Shown in pieces: positions 9,504-19,510 of a stretch of DNA of 64,000 bases (positions are counted from its first letter, which is position 1; every line of letters starts with the position of its first letter). The stretch is from an uncultured Verrucomicrobiales bacterium (GTDB taxonomy: Bacteria > Verrucomicrobiota > Verrucomicrobiia > Verrucomicrobiales > DEV007): contig CALKOM010000124.1 in NCBI GenBank assembly GCA_938091905.1, forward strand, positions 1 to 64,000. The letters are read 5' to 3'. The position numbers were made by a program, and so were the translations under genes. A model generated the notes under the pieces. That model did no database searches. It had not been told where the DNA came from and saw only the letters and a program-made list of their open reading frames with translations.

Positions 9504-10307
9504 CTAACGAGTTGGTTGGATGCGAATCGTGACAGCGCTCGACTTGGAATCGTTGGAAGAATCTGCTTTGTGAAACGAGGCGGAGAAGCCTTGATAGAGA
9601 GGCTGTTCTTGATAGTTCCACACTTGGAGGGAGCCGTGTCTGGAACGCGGCGCGTTTACTTCCACGCCAAGGCCCTGCCAATCAGAGGACACGACGTCAA
9701 GCACACCGACAGCACGCAATCCCGGTATCTTTGTGAGACTCTGTGGTTCATCGAATGGAAACGTAATCTCGCCCTTGCTCGTCTTGGCCATCCACGTAGA
9801 ACCTTCTACCCGGGCGGTGACGACATCCTTGGGGGCATGGTCCTCCAGGAGATGGGTCCGGACGAAACGGACGCGAATGCGGTAGTCCGTGGGCGGAGTG
9901 AGCTTTTCAGGATCCTTGCAAGCACCCCACGATTGGATGCGATCTTTTCCGATGAAGTAGTGTTGAGTGAACGTGACGCCTTCCTTGGTCTCGGCTTCGA
10001 AGGAAACCTTCACGGCCTTGTTCGTAGGCTCCTGCTCGGTCGTGAGACGAGCGGGTTGTCGACGAAACCTTCCGGTTTGTCCAAAGGCGTGGCATTCCGG
10101 CTTCACTAGGATAGGCTGAGGACCAGGGATGCGTTTGCCCTCGTGTTTTAGATGAATGGCGAGTGTGCCATTACGTTGCACGATGGCAGCGAAATGATCA
10201 TGATGTGCGCTTGCATGATGGCCTTCCTTCGTGGTGGGGAGATGCTCTTGCGCATGATTTGAGGCAAGTAAGCAAAGCGATAGGAAGATGGGGTAAGCGC
10301 GCCTCAT
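9504..10307 (-). CDS. Secreted hypothetical protein
   Basis: Signal peptide followed by a His-rich stretch. Spaced 2 and 6 nt from its co-oriented neighbours. Confidence 0.65.
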   Translation of the reverse strand: MRRAYPIFLSLCLLASNHAQEHLPTTKEGHHASAHHDHFAAIVQRNGTLAIHLKHEGKRIPGPQPILVKPECHAFGQTGRFRRQPARLTTEQEPTNKAVKVSFEAETKEGVTFTQHYFIGKDRIQSWGACKDPEKLTPPTDYRIRVRFVRTHLLEDHAPKDVVTARVEGSTWMAKTSKGEITFPFDEPQSLTKIPGLRAVGVLDVVSSDWQGLGVEVNAPRSRHGSLQVWNYQEQPLYQGFSASFHKADSSNDSKSSAVTIRIQPTR

Positions 10308-10309
10308 GC

Positions 10310-11158
10310 TTACTTGATCGGCTTTCGAGATTTCAAACTGGCACGGACGCTACCAATGAAGACCTCCGAACGAACTTCCAAAGGCATACGATAGTCGTCT
10401 TCGGAGATCCAGATGGTTGCCTTCTTGAATTTCTCGTAGCTCTTTAGTTCAAGGTTGTCTCGGTCGATCTTGTAGAGTTTGATTTGAATCTTGATCGCTT
10501 TCTTCTCTCCAAGCGCAGATTTGAATGTCTCTCGTCCTAACACTTTGAATTTTGTAAAGTAAGCGGACTTGAATGGATGGACCACCATGTTGATCTCGTC
10601 TCCATTATTCAGCGGAAGGCTTCTGAGATAAAGAACGGTGGAGAGGAGGTCATGAGCATGATCGTAGGCGAAAACGCGCTCCTTGGTCTTGTCTTTGCGC
10701 CCCTTGCGTTTCACTGTCTCGGTACTGGTGACTACTCCATTAGCAAAGAGCGCTTTGGTGAAGATTTGTTCTTTCTTCTCAATTTCGTTGGCTTCGAAGG
10801 AGACGGGGCGGAGAGACTTGGGCTCGACTCGCGATTTGAATAGATTCTTGTAGTACCACAAGCGCTTGGCTATGCCCGAACTCTTACCTTTACAGATTCC
10901 CAGCATGAGCTTCGGCGCTTCTGGATCGGGCTTGCCCAACTGAAGTGTGGCTTCGCCTGCTTTCACGATTCCATTCCAAGACATGTGATAGCTCAACTCG
11001 CATGCTGGCACATTTACGAATTTGCCAGGGCGATCTTTGGTTACCTTCTCCATCCATTCCGGCTGAGTTGGCGCCTCTTGCCGTACACCGTATGCCATCG
11101 GCAGACATAGCACGAGGGCTCCTAGTGCAGCAAGACAGAGTGGGCGGGCGGCTTTCAT
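10310..11158 (-). CDS. DUF3108-like secreted beta-rich protein
   Basis: Signal peptide; LSYHMSWNGIVKAGEA, DLLSTVLYLRSLPL and TIWISEDDYRMPLEVRSEVFIGSV patterns. Confidence 0.7.
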   Translation of the reverse strand: MKAARPLCLAALGALVLCLPMAYGVRQEAPTQPEWMEKVTKDRPGKFVNVPACELSYHMSWNGIVKAGEATLQLGKPDPEAPKLMLGICKGKSSGIAKRLWYYKNLFKSRVEPKSLRPVSFEANEIEKKEQIFTKALFANGVVTSTETVKRKGRKDKTKERVFAYDHAHDLLSTVLYLRSLPLNNGDEINMVVHPFKSAYFTKFKVLGRETFKSALGEKKAIKIQIKLYKIDRDNLELKSYEKFKKATIWISEDDYRMPLEVRSEVFIGSVRASLKSRKPIK

Positions 11159-11232
11159 AACAGGAAATAGGACGGTCCCTAGCACCAATAGTATTCGCTT
11201 TATCTAGAGGGGCGGCAATGCTTGACTCACGG

Positions 11233-11955
11233 TTAATCCCGAGGTCGCCGGCGGGGCTTATGAGCGAGTTTCGCCAGTTCTTGGCGATAGCGAATGGCCG
11301 CTTCCCGGGGCAGGGGAGAGTCGCGCAGGAGGCCAAGCGCGACGGTTGCGACATCCCATTTGGCTTGGACTACGCAGAGAATTTCATTCTCGGACATCTC
11401 AAGATGGAGGGCGCTCTGATCTTGCTGAGAGAAATGATCGCGCCCGCGGCCCAACGCATCGGCGAGGTTGGAGAGCGAGGCAAGGAAGACTGGGTCGGCC
11501 TTTGGTTCGGCGGCGATGGCTGCGCCATAGGCATCGACAACGAAGGCGGACGCTGAATCAGAGGTCTCGCGCACCCAACCGACGAATTCTTTGGCCCGTG
11601 CTTCGGCGCTAGGGGCAGTGCTATGGAAGTAGAGATTCAGTGGATTGATGGAGGGGCCCTGTGGAGGCTCTTCCAGGGGGGCTGCATCCGTAGGCAAAGG
11701 TTTTGGCTTTCGACGAGGCGCTCTCGGCTCCGGTGGTGGGAGCTTGGGGCGGCGGCTTTTCATGAAGACATGCTCAGGAATCTCATCGGCGAGTAGGGAC
11801 TCGACAACATTCTCAGGCCGCGCTTCCTCTCCGGGATTCATGGTGTCGGCCAAAGGAGGGGTGGCTTTCTCCAAACTTCCTGGACGCACAACGCCTAGGA
11901 GTTCTTCCATGCGCTCCTGATCAATCCATGAGCCGAGTGAATTCTCTTTCGCCAT
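11233..11955 (-). CDS. Hypothetical protein with a Pro-rich N-terminal region and a possible Roadblock/MglB-like C-terminal domain
   Basis: Overlaps the ParA 3' end. The last ~110 aa (SAFVVDAYGAAIA...LHLEMSENEILCVV...VALGLL) have a roadblock-like pattern. Start is uncertain. Confidence 0.55.
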   Translation of the reverse strand: MAKENSLGSWIDQERMEELLGVVRPGSLEKATPPLADTMNPGEEARPENVVESLLADEIPEHVFMKSRRPKLPPPEPRAPRRKPKPLPTDAAPLEEPPQGPSINPLNLYFHSTAPSAEARAKEFVGWVRETSDSASAFVVDAYGAAIAAEPKADPVFLASLSNLADALGRGRDHFSQQDQSALHLEMSENEILCVVQAKWDVATVALGLLRDSPLPREAAIRYRQELAKLAHKPRRRPRD

Positions 11956-12733
11956 AAGCAACTTTCTGCAGCGTGAGCCGGGGTTCGAGTTCAGCCGCAA
12001 GTTGGTCAAAGACCAAAGCGGCGGGAGGAAGTTTTTGGTAGAGCAAGGCTACGGGAACACCGTGGGCACTTGCTCTGACAAAGTCTTGTTCGCGTGGGAT
12101 ACTTGTGCGCAGGAGAGTGTCTCCCGGTACAAGCATGCGAAGATCGCACGCCACTTGCAAGCTCTCTTCGCCGTGTGGATCTACCATGGTGAGGAGGATG
12201 CCCGCCACTTCGACAATGGCCTGTTCTTCTTCGCGGAGTCGTGCGATGCCCTCAAGCAGTTGAATGATGGATCGGACGCCGAGCGGCTCCGATTGCTGAG
12301 GAAGGAGAGCGAAGTCGGCTTGACGCACGAGTTCACGAGTATGCCCCATGAGTCCAGCAGCCGTATCCAAGACGACGACATCGTAGTTGAGGCCATCGAG
12401 CTGACCTAGCATGCGTGCAACAGCTCCAGCGTAGTGAGAAGTGTCTGTTTCTAGCTTGAAGAAAGTTTCCGTTAGTCCTGCAGTGATCAGATGCAGTTCG
12501 GGGAGCCGTGTGGGAATAATGAGTTCATCCACATCGCACTCATAGTGGAGGAAATCATAGTAGCCTGGGCAGCGCCGTGTCTTTTCTGAGAGTGAAAGGC
12601 CGACGGAATTCTGTGGATCGGTGTCCACAAGCAGGGTCTGCCAGCCGCGGCAAGCCAGCGAGTGCGCCAGATTGATGGCGACCGTGGTCTTGCCGACGCC
12701 TCCTTTTTGGCTGGTGACTACGAGCGTGATCAA
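11921..12733 (-). CDS. ParA/Soj family ATPase (orphan)
   Basis: Deviant Walker A SQKGGVGKTT, LLVDTDPQ, YDVVVLDT and GILLTM motifs. Likely TTG start at 12733; the longer N-terminus in the ORF track overlaps the divergent methyltransferase gene. Confidence 0.9.
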   Translation of the reverse strand: MITLVVTSQKGGVGKTTVAINLAHSLACRGWQTLLVDTDPQNSVGLSLSEKTRRCPGYYDFLHYECDVDELIIPTRLPELHLITAGLTETFFKLETDTSHYAGAVARMLGQLDGLNYDVVVLDTAAGLMGHTRELVRQADFALLPQQSEPLGVRSIIQLLEGIARLREEEQAIVEVAGILLTMVDPHGEESLQVACDLRMLVPGDTLLRTSIPREQDFVRASAHGVPVALLYQKLPPAALVFDQLAAELEPRLTLQKVAYGEREFTRLMD

Positions 12734-12843
12734 GGATACCACTGTGGCAAGAAGCCTGTGCTTGGAAACAGAAAAGTGATGATGAACCGCGGGTGCTTGC
12801 GTCGCTTGGCAAATGGTCCCATAGAGCAACCAGCCACCTTCAA

Positions 12844-14091
12844 ATGATCGAGTTCTCAGCCCATCGTCCGCCGAAGAAATTTCATCCTGAGCCCTTCGCG
12901 TATCATCAGGAGATTGATCTGACCATTGATGCTCTGACAAACTTAGGGGTTGGCCTGGGCCGCGTGGATGGCTGGGTGGTCTTTGTGCCGTATGTCTTGC
13001 CTGGCGAGAAGGTTCGAGTGCGAGTCTATCGCAATGACAAGAGGCATAGCCAAGCAGATCTTGTGGAGATCTTGGTGCCATCGCCCGACCGCGTTGAGCC
13101 GGCATGCGAGCTGTTTGGCGAATGTGGTGGCTGCCAATACCAACACTTTCATTATGAGCAGCAGCTTCATTGGAAACAGCGTCAAGTGCAGGAACTGCTG
13201 ACCCACATGACGACGATGGATATACCTGTGGCACCAGTCATCGCCTCACCCCAGACCTTTGGGTATCGTTCCAAGATCACGCCGCACTTTCAAAAAGCGA
13301 ACGCGGACGGCGTCATCGAGACGATTGGCTTTCTCAAAGTAGGTCGACGTCGTGATGCTGTGGAGTTGGATCACTGCCCCATTGCCATGCCGGTGCTTAA
13401 TGAGCGCCTGCCTAGCCTCAAAGCGGAGATACGCAAGAAGGCGAAGACCTATAAGAAAGGGGCAACGGTCATTCTGCGCGCTTCAGATGGTGACCAGCCG
13501 GTTTTGACTGAACACAAGGACGTCTGCCAGCAACGTGTTGGCGAGATGACCTTCAGTTTCAATGCGGGCGATTTCTTTCAGAATAATCCGTTCATCCTCG
13601 AAGCTTTCACAAGCTATGTCCGGGAAGAGGCGTCGGCTGGCACCGCGCGCTACTTGGTCGATACCTACTGTGGTAGTGGTCTCTTTGGGCTCACAGCAGC
13701 CAGTGCATTTGACCGGGTGATGGGGATAGAGATTTCTGAGAGCAGCATCGTGTGGGCTCGCCAAAACGCTGAGTCCAACGGCATCACCAACGCGAGTTTC
13801 ATCGTGGGCAAATCTGAAGCTCTCTTTCCGGAGTGTGATTTCCCAGGGAAAGAAACGGCCATGGTGGTCGATCCCCCTCGTCGTGGATGTGATGAGGTCT
13901 TCCTGAATCAGCTCTTTGCCTTCGCTCCTGAACGGGTGGTTTATGTCTCGTGCAATCCGGCCACGCAGATGCGCGATCTCAATGCCTTTGCCGAGCATGA
14001 TTATGCTCTAACGAAGATGCAACCGTTTGATCTCTTTCCGCAGACTCGTCACCTAGAATGCGTGGCGACCCTGGTGCGGACGTCCGCTTAG
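12844..14091 (+). CDS. rlmD: TRAM-domain RNA m5U methyltransferase (RlmD/TrmA family)
   Basis: TRAM domain, CELFGECGGCQ Fe-S motif, FFQNN, DTYCGSG, VDPPRRG, YVSCNP and DLFPQTRHLE. Confidence 0.85.
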   Translation: MIEFSAHRPPKKFHPEPFAYHQEIDLTIDALTNLGVGLGRVDGWVVFVPYVLPGEKVRVRVYRNDKRHSQADLVEILVPSPDRVEPACELFGECGGCQYQHFHYEQQLHWKQRQVQELLTHMTTMDIPVAPVIASPQTFGYRSKITPHFQKANADGVIETIGFLKVGRRRDAVELDHCPIAMPVLNERLPSLKAEIRKKAKTYKKGATVILRASDGDQPVLTEHKDVCQQRVGEMTFSFNAGDFFQNNPFILEAFTSYVREEASAGTARYLVDTYCGSGLFGLTAASAFDRVMGIEISESSIVWARQNAESNGITNASFIVGKSEALFPECDFPGKETAMVVDPPRRGCDEVFLNQLFAFAPERVVYVSCNPATQMRDLNAFAEHDYALTKMQPFDLFPQTRHLECVATLVRTSA

Positions 14092-14096
14092 AGCGA

Positions 14097-14133
14097 TTCT
14101 CAGAGATTTTCAAACATAGAAAACCTCTGAGAA
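14097..14133. terminator. 14-bp hairpin just after the rlmD-like stop codon
   Basis: TTCTCAGAG-A-TTTTC...GAAAA-C-CTCTGAGAA with a 7-nt loop. Confidence 0.45.
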
Positions 14134-14305
14134 ATGTGAGGTAGTTTTGGAAGTGCGCTCGGCGCGCGGGGTGAGTTCAGGTTTGGAAACACCTGATGCT
14201 GCGTTACTTGTCGGTCAACGGGCTCGCCCTTCTTCCTCTTCGTGTCTTGCCTTTGACCTTTATAGCTGTGGTCCAGTATTTGGCATACTCCTGGGGATCG
14301 CTCTA

Positions 14306-14346
14306 AGAAACAAGAAAGGGAGAAGCCGCGAGGCCTCTCCCTTTCT
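14306..14346 (-). terminator. Rho-independent terminator of vccA
   Basis: The minus strand reads AGAAAGGGAGAGGCCTCGCGGCTTCTCCCTTTCTTGTTTC, a strong stem plus U-rich tail, about 22 nt after the stop. Confidence 0.75.
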
Positions 14347-14368
14347 CCACTTGGGGGTAAGGAAGTAT

Positions 14369-17300
14369 TTAGTGAGCGAATTGGCGTACGTTCACCACAC
14401 GGTAGCGGTAGAACTGCTCCAAGCTCTTAGCCTTGTTCTCGATCTTCTCATTCTTGTAATTCGGGATATCCCGGTCTGTTGGATCGAGGAAGCGTTCGAT
14501 TACGGCAGAGCCGCGATATTCGCCTGTGACCTGATCTTGGCCAGAAACGAACTCGCTTTCCGAGGTGCCACGCACTTTCTGGAGAGTCTGCACCGTCATG
14601 TAGACTTTGAAGGTGTTCGACTTTGTAGTTACGCGAGGATAGATATTCGCATAAGGCTGCTCGATTGAATTGTCACCCGTGAGGCGGTGCTTGTCCCACC
14701 ACTTACGGATGCCTTTGCTATCTTCGTCCCAAGAAACGTCTTCGTTCTGTGGGTAGAGGAAGGCCTCACAGACTTCTGTCGCCGTGCGGAAGACCTTACC
14801 TTGTTCAAACTTGTGTTCCCACTGTTCAAGGGTTTCCCACACGTCGATCTTGTGGTGCCAACCGGGGCTTCCGCTGCTCTCCGATTTCTTATATTTCTGA
14901 CCAGCGTTGTTTGGGATGGCGAGCACGCGCTCAGACTTGAAGATAGCAGCCAAGGCGGTTGCCCGCTTGATGTAACTGAAAGGTAACATCTGATAGTTCA
15001 GATTCACTTTCCCGCTCGTGGCGAATGGCTCACTGATAGGATAGGGCTCCACGATAGGCATCCAGAAGAAATCCAGCCAGATATGATCTGGAGGCAATTC
15101 CTCGTCGTCATAAACGGAACTCACTTGCGGCGAATCGAAGCCATCTACCGTGGTCTTGTCTCCGCTAAGTTTCATGCCGTTCCCTGCCTGGCCCAGGTGA
15201 GCGCCGCGCTTGGTGTGCCCGTTTACGGCGACGTTTGGACGGAAGAGAAGCGTCGTCCAAGGCGCATTGGCCTGGGAGGCACTAGGGAGAGATCCGAACA
15301 TCACGCCAGAAGGCACCATGCGGTTCGGGTTGAAGTTCTCCAAGTTCCGGTCCTCGTAGCTTTGCCCCTTCTTCCACTCGCCGGCCTCGAAGTAAGGGAA
15401 CTTCTGGTTGAACACGCTCGAGCCAGGCACGTCATCAGCGCCGTCATCTGGCTTGTTGATGTAGGCACCATCGACGCAACCACCAATGCCATTGTCGAAG
15501 TCACGGGTGATCGACGGATCGATAGGGAAGTCATAGCCGTTTCCGAGTAGGGGAGCGAAGTCGATGTTCTTCTCACGAGTCGGATCCCAGCAAAAGTCCG
15601 GCTCCATGGCCGAGTTATCACCATTGTCATATCTCACATCAGCCAAGCTCCGGCGGCTTAACTTCATGGAGAAGGTGCCGTGGCGAGCGAGTGTCGTTGA
15701 CTTAGGATAGATGGCCCAGGTTAGCGAGTGCGATGAGCGTTGCTTGCCCACACGTGGGTGGAGTCGGAAGAGGTCACTAGGCACGTTGCGCTTGGTAGAG
15801 ACGTGACGCACATCACCGTGGGCGACGACGAGGCTTGTGACGTTCTCCCTGTTTTCTTGCTTCTCGAGGACGAAGACCGGCCGGACGCGGGCACTCGACT
15901 CAGCGGCTGCCCGGAATCGGCGGGTCCAACCAGAGTACTCTCCGCTGTTCTTCACTGGCCGATCGAGGACGAGTTCCTCGCCCGGCTGTGCCCAACGCAA
16001 GTTTATGTTCTGAACGAGATTGCCAGTCGAAGCGCCTTCAGCCCCCTGATCGTAGATGACGAGCTGGACAGGATTGTTCTGGGTGAGGATGAGGTCCTCT
16101 TCTCCAACGGTGATGACGGGAGTTTGGCAATAGAAGTGAGAGAGTGGTCCCGTTCCATTAGCGAGAAAGCCTCTGCCATGAAAGCCTTCCTGACCCTCAT
16201 CGAGCTCCAAGCGTCCGAAGCGAAAGAGGCGATAGCCACCTGTGCCACCCCAGCCATACCAACCGGCAGGGAGATCAGACCGCACATCAGCTGCGCCCGC
16301 TTCCAGAGTAAAGATTGCGGGACCTTTCTGCGCTTTACCGGCTGACTCGACACTCTCACCCCAGAGCTGGAGAGGAATGCCATTCAACTTGAGACCACCA
16401 TTCTCATCGAGACCGTTGTCGTAACCATTGCCGCCGGTAAGCAAGCGAATCGTCTGCTTGGGGTGAATTTGGTGGAAACCCTGAGCAACAGCGAAGGCTT
16501 CTGGAATCATGCCCGTTTCAACGTAGGTCATGACCTTGCCGACGTCACCAGCGCCAAAGCTCTCACCACGCCACTCTGAATATTTGGGGTGCCTGTTGGC
16601 GACGATTCGCTTGATCACACTGACATCGCCGCCAGGGCCTTGGTCGGAGCGGAAGAACTCTCTGGCCTTGCCATTGTTGATACTAGCATTCGGAGCCTCG
16701 CTAATAATGCCGTCCCAGTTACCATTAGGAGGCCATGCCTTGAGAGTCGTGGTTGCCGTGGCATAAGTAAGGAGGGCCACTTCAGAGACAGTGAACATGC
16801 GACCTGATCCGCGTGGTTCCAAGGTCTTCTTCTGCCAACTAGAACTCTGGACGCTACTTCCAGTTCCCCCAGTGAGATTGCGGTCGATGAGGTTAATCCC
16901 AGAGATCTGGCCGAAACCACTGTTTGAGCCTGGTTGAAAGTCAGCATAGGGCTCGGCAAGGTTGCCGTCGTGGATGTTCACCTGGCGCATGTAGTCAAAC
17001 ATCTGCAGCGCGATCGCGAAGTGATCTAACTTGTATTCGTTCTTGTCCTTGTAATAGGAGGGCTTGAATGGAGATCTCTTCTTGGCTCCATACTTTGTAG
17101 CCAGAGACTTCCCGTAGCTGGGAACCGCTTTGTAAACCTGAGCCATGAGATACATGTAAAGGTCCACGTTGGAGCGGTTGGCTCTACTGTAGAACTCAGC
17201 GTGACGTGAGGTTGCATCGCGACGTTGGAAGAAGAATTTGATGAGCTTGTTCTTTGGTCCCAAGCTCGTGCAGAACTCGATGGTATCATCGAGTGCGGTG

Positions 17301-18583
17301 CGGTTGCGGCGACTGTCATTCTCGTGGAAGGCCCAGAGGCTGATGCGTGGACGGCCGTGGACATTCAATTCAGGACCCTGGCTACGAACCGTCATGAAGC
17401 CCTTGGCACGCTCGAAACGCTCCAGCCCATCCGGGAGGAGATCGACGAACTTGTTATCTTCGCGTTTGATGTTGAAGACGATGTCATCCACCGACGCGTA
17501 CAGACGGTCGGCGTCATACTGGAGAGCTGTCGTGCCCTTCTTCTTTCCATCTTCGGTACCACCGTCCCACTCCACCTTAGGAGTGATCTCTAGGATAGCT
17601 TGGAGCTCGCCTTTCGAGAGCTTATCCCGTGAGCCTTCACCATCGACATACTTGCCAGGGAAGAACAAGGAACTCAGACAAGTCGTCGCTGGGTGACCCG
17701 GATACCGCTGCACTTCGCGAATGACTGGCTGAAAGACTGACCACTGCTTGCCCAGATCCGTGTTCGCTCTCGGCTTGTCCCAGGGTACAGCTTCAGCAGC
17801 CGTATTCACGTTGATCTTACAAGTCTCGTCGTCCGTCCAAAAGCCGATGCGCGCCGTGATAGGATTGCGGGTATCGGGCTGAGCTGTGGGGTCTGCGCTA
17901 ACGAATTTGCCGGAAGGATCCAGGCTACCCATGGTGCCGTCTTTCAGCACGTAGAGCCACTCTACTGGCATGGGAAGGCGCTCCTCTTCTTGCACTCCAG
18001 GGAAGGTCTCGAAATCAAAGCCTTCGACCTTGTCCAGACTCTTGGCGCGCGGGTCGAGGATAGGGAAGAAGCGGTTCGTCTCTTGGCCCTTGGTATTGTA
18101 GGCAATGGAAGGCGCATTCAGGTCGACGAAACGATCTGGTGACTGCTCCCAATCTCTGATGCTCTCGAGCTCAAGAGAGATGTCGCGTTCGTCTTCGACC
18201 TTCATGTTTGTCGAAGAATAGAGCTTAAAGCCTTCTTGAGTTCCACCGCCCTTGGGCTCGAACGTGCGGATCATGCCCGGCTGAGATGCCCACAAAGCGA
18301 GGGCACCACCACCGAAGAGGCCTCCACCAACCTTCTTATCTGTTCGGGTGGCCTCGCGGATTTGACCGATGACCATACTCGTCACCATCTCGGAAAGCTG
18401 TCGGGTGCGGACGGTGTCTGAGTAGCTCTTGGCAGAGCGGAGTTCGTTACCAGCGAGGCTGATAATGGCAATGCTCAGAACAGTGAGCACGGAGAGGATC
18501 GACATCACGGTGACAAGCGCGACACCGCGCTCCTTCTTCGTCGATGGTCGACCCTTTTTGAATGGGTGGATGGTCAGTTTCAT
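14369..18583 (-). CDS. vccA: Verru_Chthon cassette protein A (PilX/GspK-like N-terminus, 1404 aa)
   Basis: KERG|VALVTV prepilin-like start; WASQPG, PMPVEWLYVLKDG, RIGFWTDDETCKINVNTA, DFFWMPIVEPYPISEP and RVTTKSNTF...GEYRGS motifs that I recognise from this family. Confidence 0.9.
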   Translation of the reverse strand: MKLTIHPFKKGRPSTKKERGVALVTVMSILSVLTVLSIAIISLAGNELRSAKSYSDTVRTRQLSEMVTSMVIGQIREATRTDKKVGGGLFGGGALALWASQPGMIRTFEPKGGGTQEGFKLYSSTNMKVEDERDISLELESIRDWEQSPDRFVDLNAPSIAYNTKGQETNRFFPILDPRAKSLDKVEGFDFETFPGVQEEERLPMPVEWLYVLKDGTMGSLDPSGKFVSADPTAQPDTRNPITARIGFWTDDETCKINVNTAAEAVPWDKPRANTDLGKQWSVFQPVIREVQRYPGHPATTCLSSLFFPGKYVDGEGSRDKLSKGELQAILEITPKVEWDGGTEDGKKKGTTALQYDADRLYASVDDIVFNIKREDNKFVDLLPDGLERFERAKGFMTVRSQGPELNVHGRPRISLWAFHENDSRRNRTALDDTIEFCTSLGPKNKLIKFFFQRRDATSRHAEFYSRANRSNVDLYMYLMAQVYKAVPSYGKSLATKYGAKKRSPFKPSYYKDKNEYKLDHFAIALQMFDYMRQVNIHDGNLAEPYADFQPGSNSGFGQISGINLIDRNLTGGTGSSVQSSSWQKKTLEPRGSGRMFTVSEVALLTYATATTTLKAWPPNGNWDGIISEAPNASINNGKAREFFRSDQGPGGDVSVIKRIVANRHPKYSEWRGESFGAGDVGKVMTYVETGMIPEAFAVAQGFHQIHPKQTIRLLTGGNGYDNGLDENGGLKLNGIPLQLWGESVESAGKAQKGPAIFTLEAGAADVRSDLPAGWYGWGGTGGYRLFRFGRLELDEGQEGFHGRGFLANGTGPLSHFYCQTPVITVGEEDLILTQNNPVQLVIYDQGAEGASTGNLVQNINLRWAQPGEELVLDRPVKNSGEYSGWTRRFRAAAESSARVRPVFVLEKQENRENVTSLVVAHGDVRHVSTKRNVPSDLFRLHPRVGKQRSSHSLTWAIYPKSTTLARHGTFSMKLSRRSLADVRYDNGDNSAMEPDFCWDPTREKNIDFAPLLGNGYDFPIDPSITRDFDNGIGGCVDGAYINKPDDGADDVPGSSVFNQKFPYFEAGEWKKGQSYEDRNLENFNPNRMVPSGVMFGSLPSASQANAPWTTLLFRPNVAVNGHTKRGAHLGQAGNGMKLSGDKTTVDGFDSPQVSSVYDDEELPPDHIWLDFFWMPIVEPYPISEPFATSGKVNLNYQMLPFSYIKRATALAAIFKSERVLAIPNNAGQKYKKSESSGSPGWHHKIDVWETLEQWEHKFEQGKVFRTATEVCEAFLYPQNEDVSWDEDSKGIRKWWDKHRLTGDNSIEQPYANIYPRVTTKSNTFKVYMTVQTLQKVRGTSESEFVSGQDQVTGEYRGSAVIERFLDPTDRDIPNYKNEKIENKAKSLEQFYRYRVVNVRQFAH

Positions 18584-18889
18584 AGGGCGAGTTGTCTGGT
18601 TTCTCAGCTAGGAGTTGATGCTACGGCGGGCGGCAACATAACAAGAAACGGCTAGAATCAATGTAGTGTCAAGCCCAATACATACAAAGACAATACAAGT
18701 TCGATCGTGAGAGAAAGGCTCAAATTCGCGTCATGGCGAGATTAAATTTGGTGTAACTTGATTAGGGCTAAAGGATTGCGATGATTTTGGAGTTCTTTCG
18801 GCTGGCGATTGAGAGTTGGAATTGTTGAAACAAAGTTGCTCAGTGAACGGAGTTTTGTATGTTCATTGTAAATTCATTTCGCTTTCGTA

Positions 18890-18917
18890 TTTACAAAGAC
18901 GAGCCTTTGCATAGTCT
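18890..18917 (+). promoter_or_regulatory. Candidate sigma70 promoter for vccBCD
   Basis: TTTACA-16 nt-TAGTCT, 38 nt upstream of the vccB ATG in an AT-rich intergenic region. Confidence 0.35.
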
Positions 18918-18955
18918 ACGAGCGGCGTTCACTCTCCCACGTCCTCTGAAGCCCC

Positions 18956-19468
18956 ATGAAACTGACCCAACTTAAAACTCGATACTCTTCTGCTTTCACC
19001 CTGATTGAGGTGACCATCGCTTTGGGCATTTGTGCCACGGTCATGATGGCTCTTCTGGGATTACTCCCCATGAGCCTAGATCAGATGCGTGACTCCCGGA
19101 ACATGACGGCAGTAGCGCGAATCAGTGAGGACATTATCAATGATGTGCAGCTCATGGCTTGGGAGGACATGGAGCTTCTCAACGGGGAGACACGTGACTA
19201 CGATGATCAGGGGACGCGAATTAGAGCGGTCACTGTGGAACGTAACCAAAGGATTTACACGGCAGAGGTTGAGGTGGAGTTGGAGGGAATCTTCATTCCT
19301 GGCGAGTCGGAAACTCGTAACGATTATGCGAAGCGGATCACGATCTATATCGGGCCATCGCGCGGTGAAAGTGTGAATATGAAGATGCTCGCGGAGACGA
19401 ACCCACGCTATACCAAGGTGTCGACGATCATCGCACGAATGGACGAGCAAGAGACGGACAAAAGCTAA
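18956..19468 (+). CDS. vccB: Verru_Chthon cassette protein B (PilV-like prepilin)
   Basis: SA|FTLIEVTIALGI class III signal, then LLGLLP and YDDQG motifs. Confidence 0.88.
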   Translation: MKLTQLKTRYSSAFTLIEVTIALGICATVMMALLGLLPMSLDQMRDSRNMTAVARISEDIINDVQLMAWEDMELLNGETRDYDDQGTRIRAVTVERNQRIYTAEVEVELEGIFIPGESETRNDYAKRITIYIGPSRGESVNMKMLAETNPRYTKVSTIIARMDEQETDKS

Positions 19469-19510
19469 GAGAAACGATTGGATAGCGTTGCTAGATCCTA
19501 ACACATTACT

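Noticed and set aside
12734..13234. 166-aa N-terminal extension of ParA in the ORF track
   Set aside because: It overlaps the divergent methyltransferase gene, and ParA homology starts just before the Walker A motif.
14147..14668. 173-aa plus-strand ORF
   Set aside because: It runs antisense to the vccA 3' end and its terminator and has no recognisable motifs.
18584..18955. Invertible promoter switch between vccA and vccBCD
   Set aside because: I found no long perfect inverted repeats and there is no site-specific recombinase in the window.
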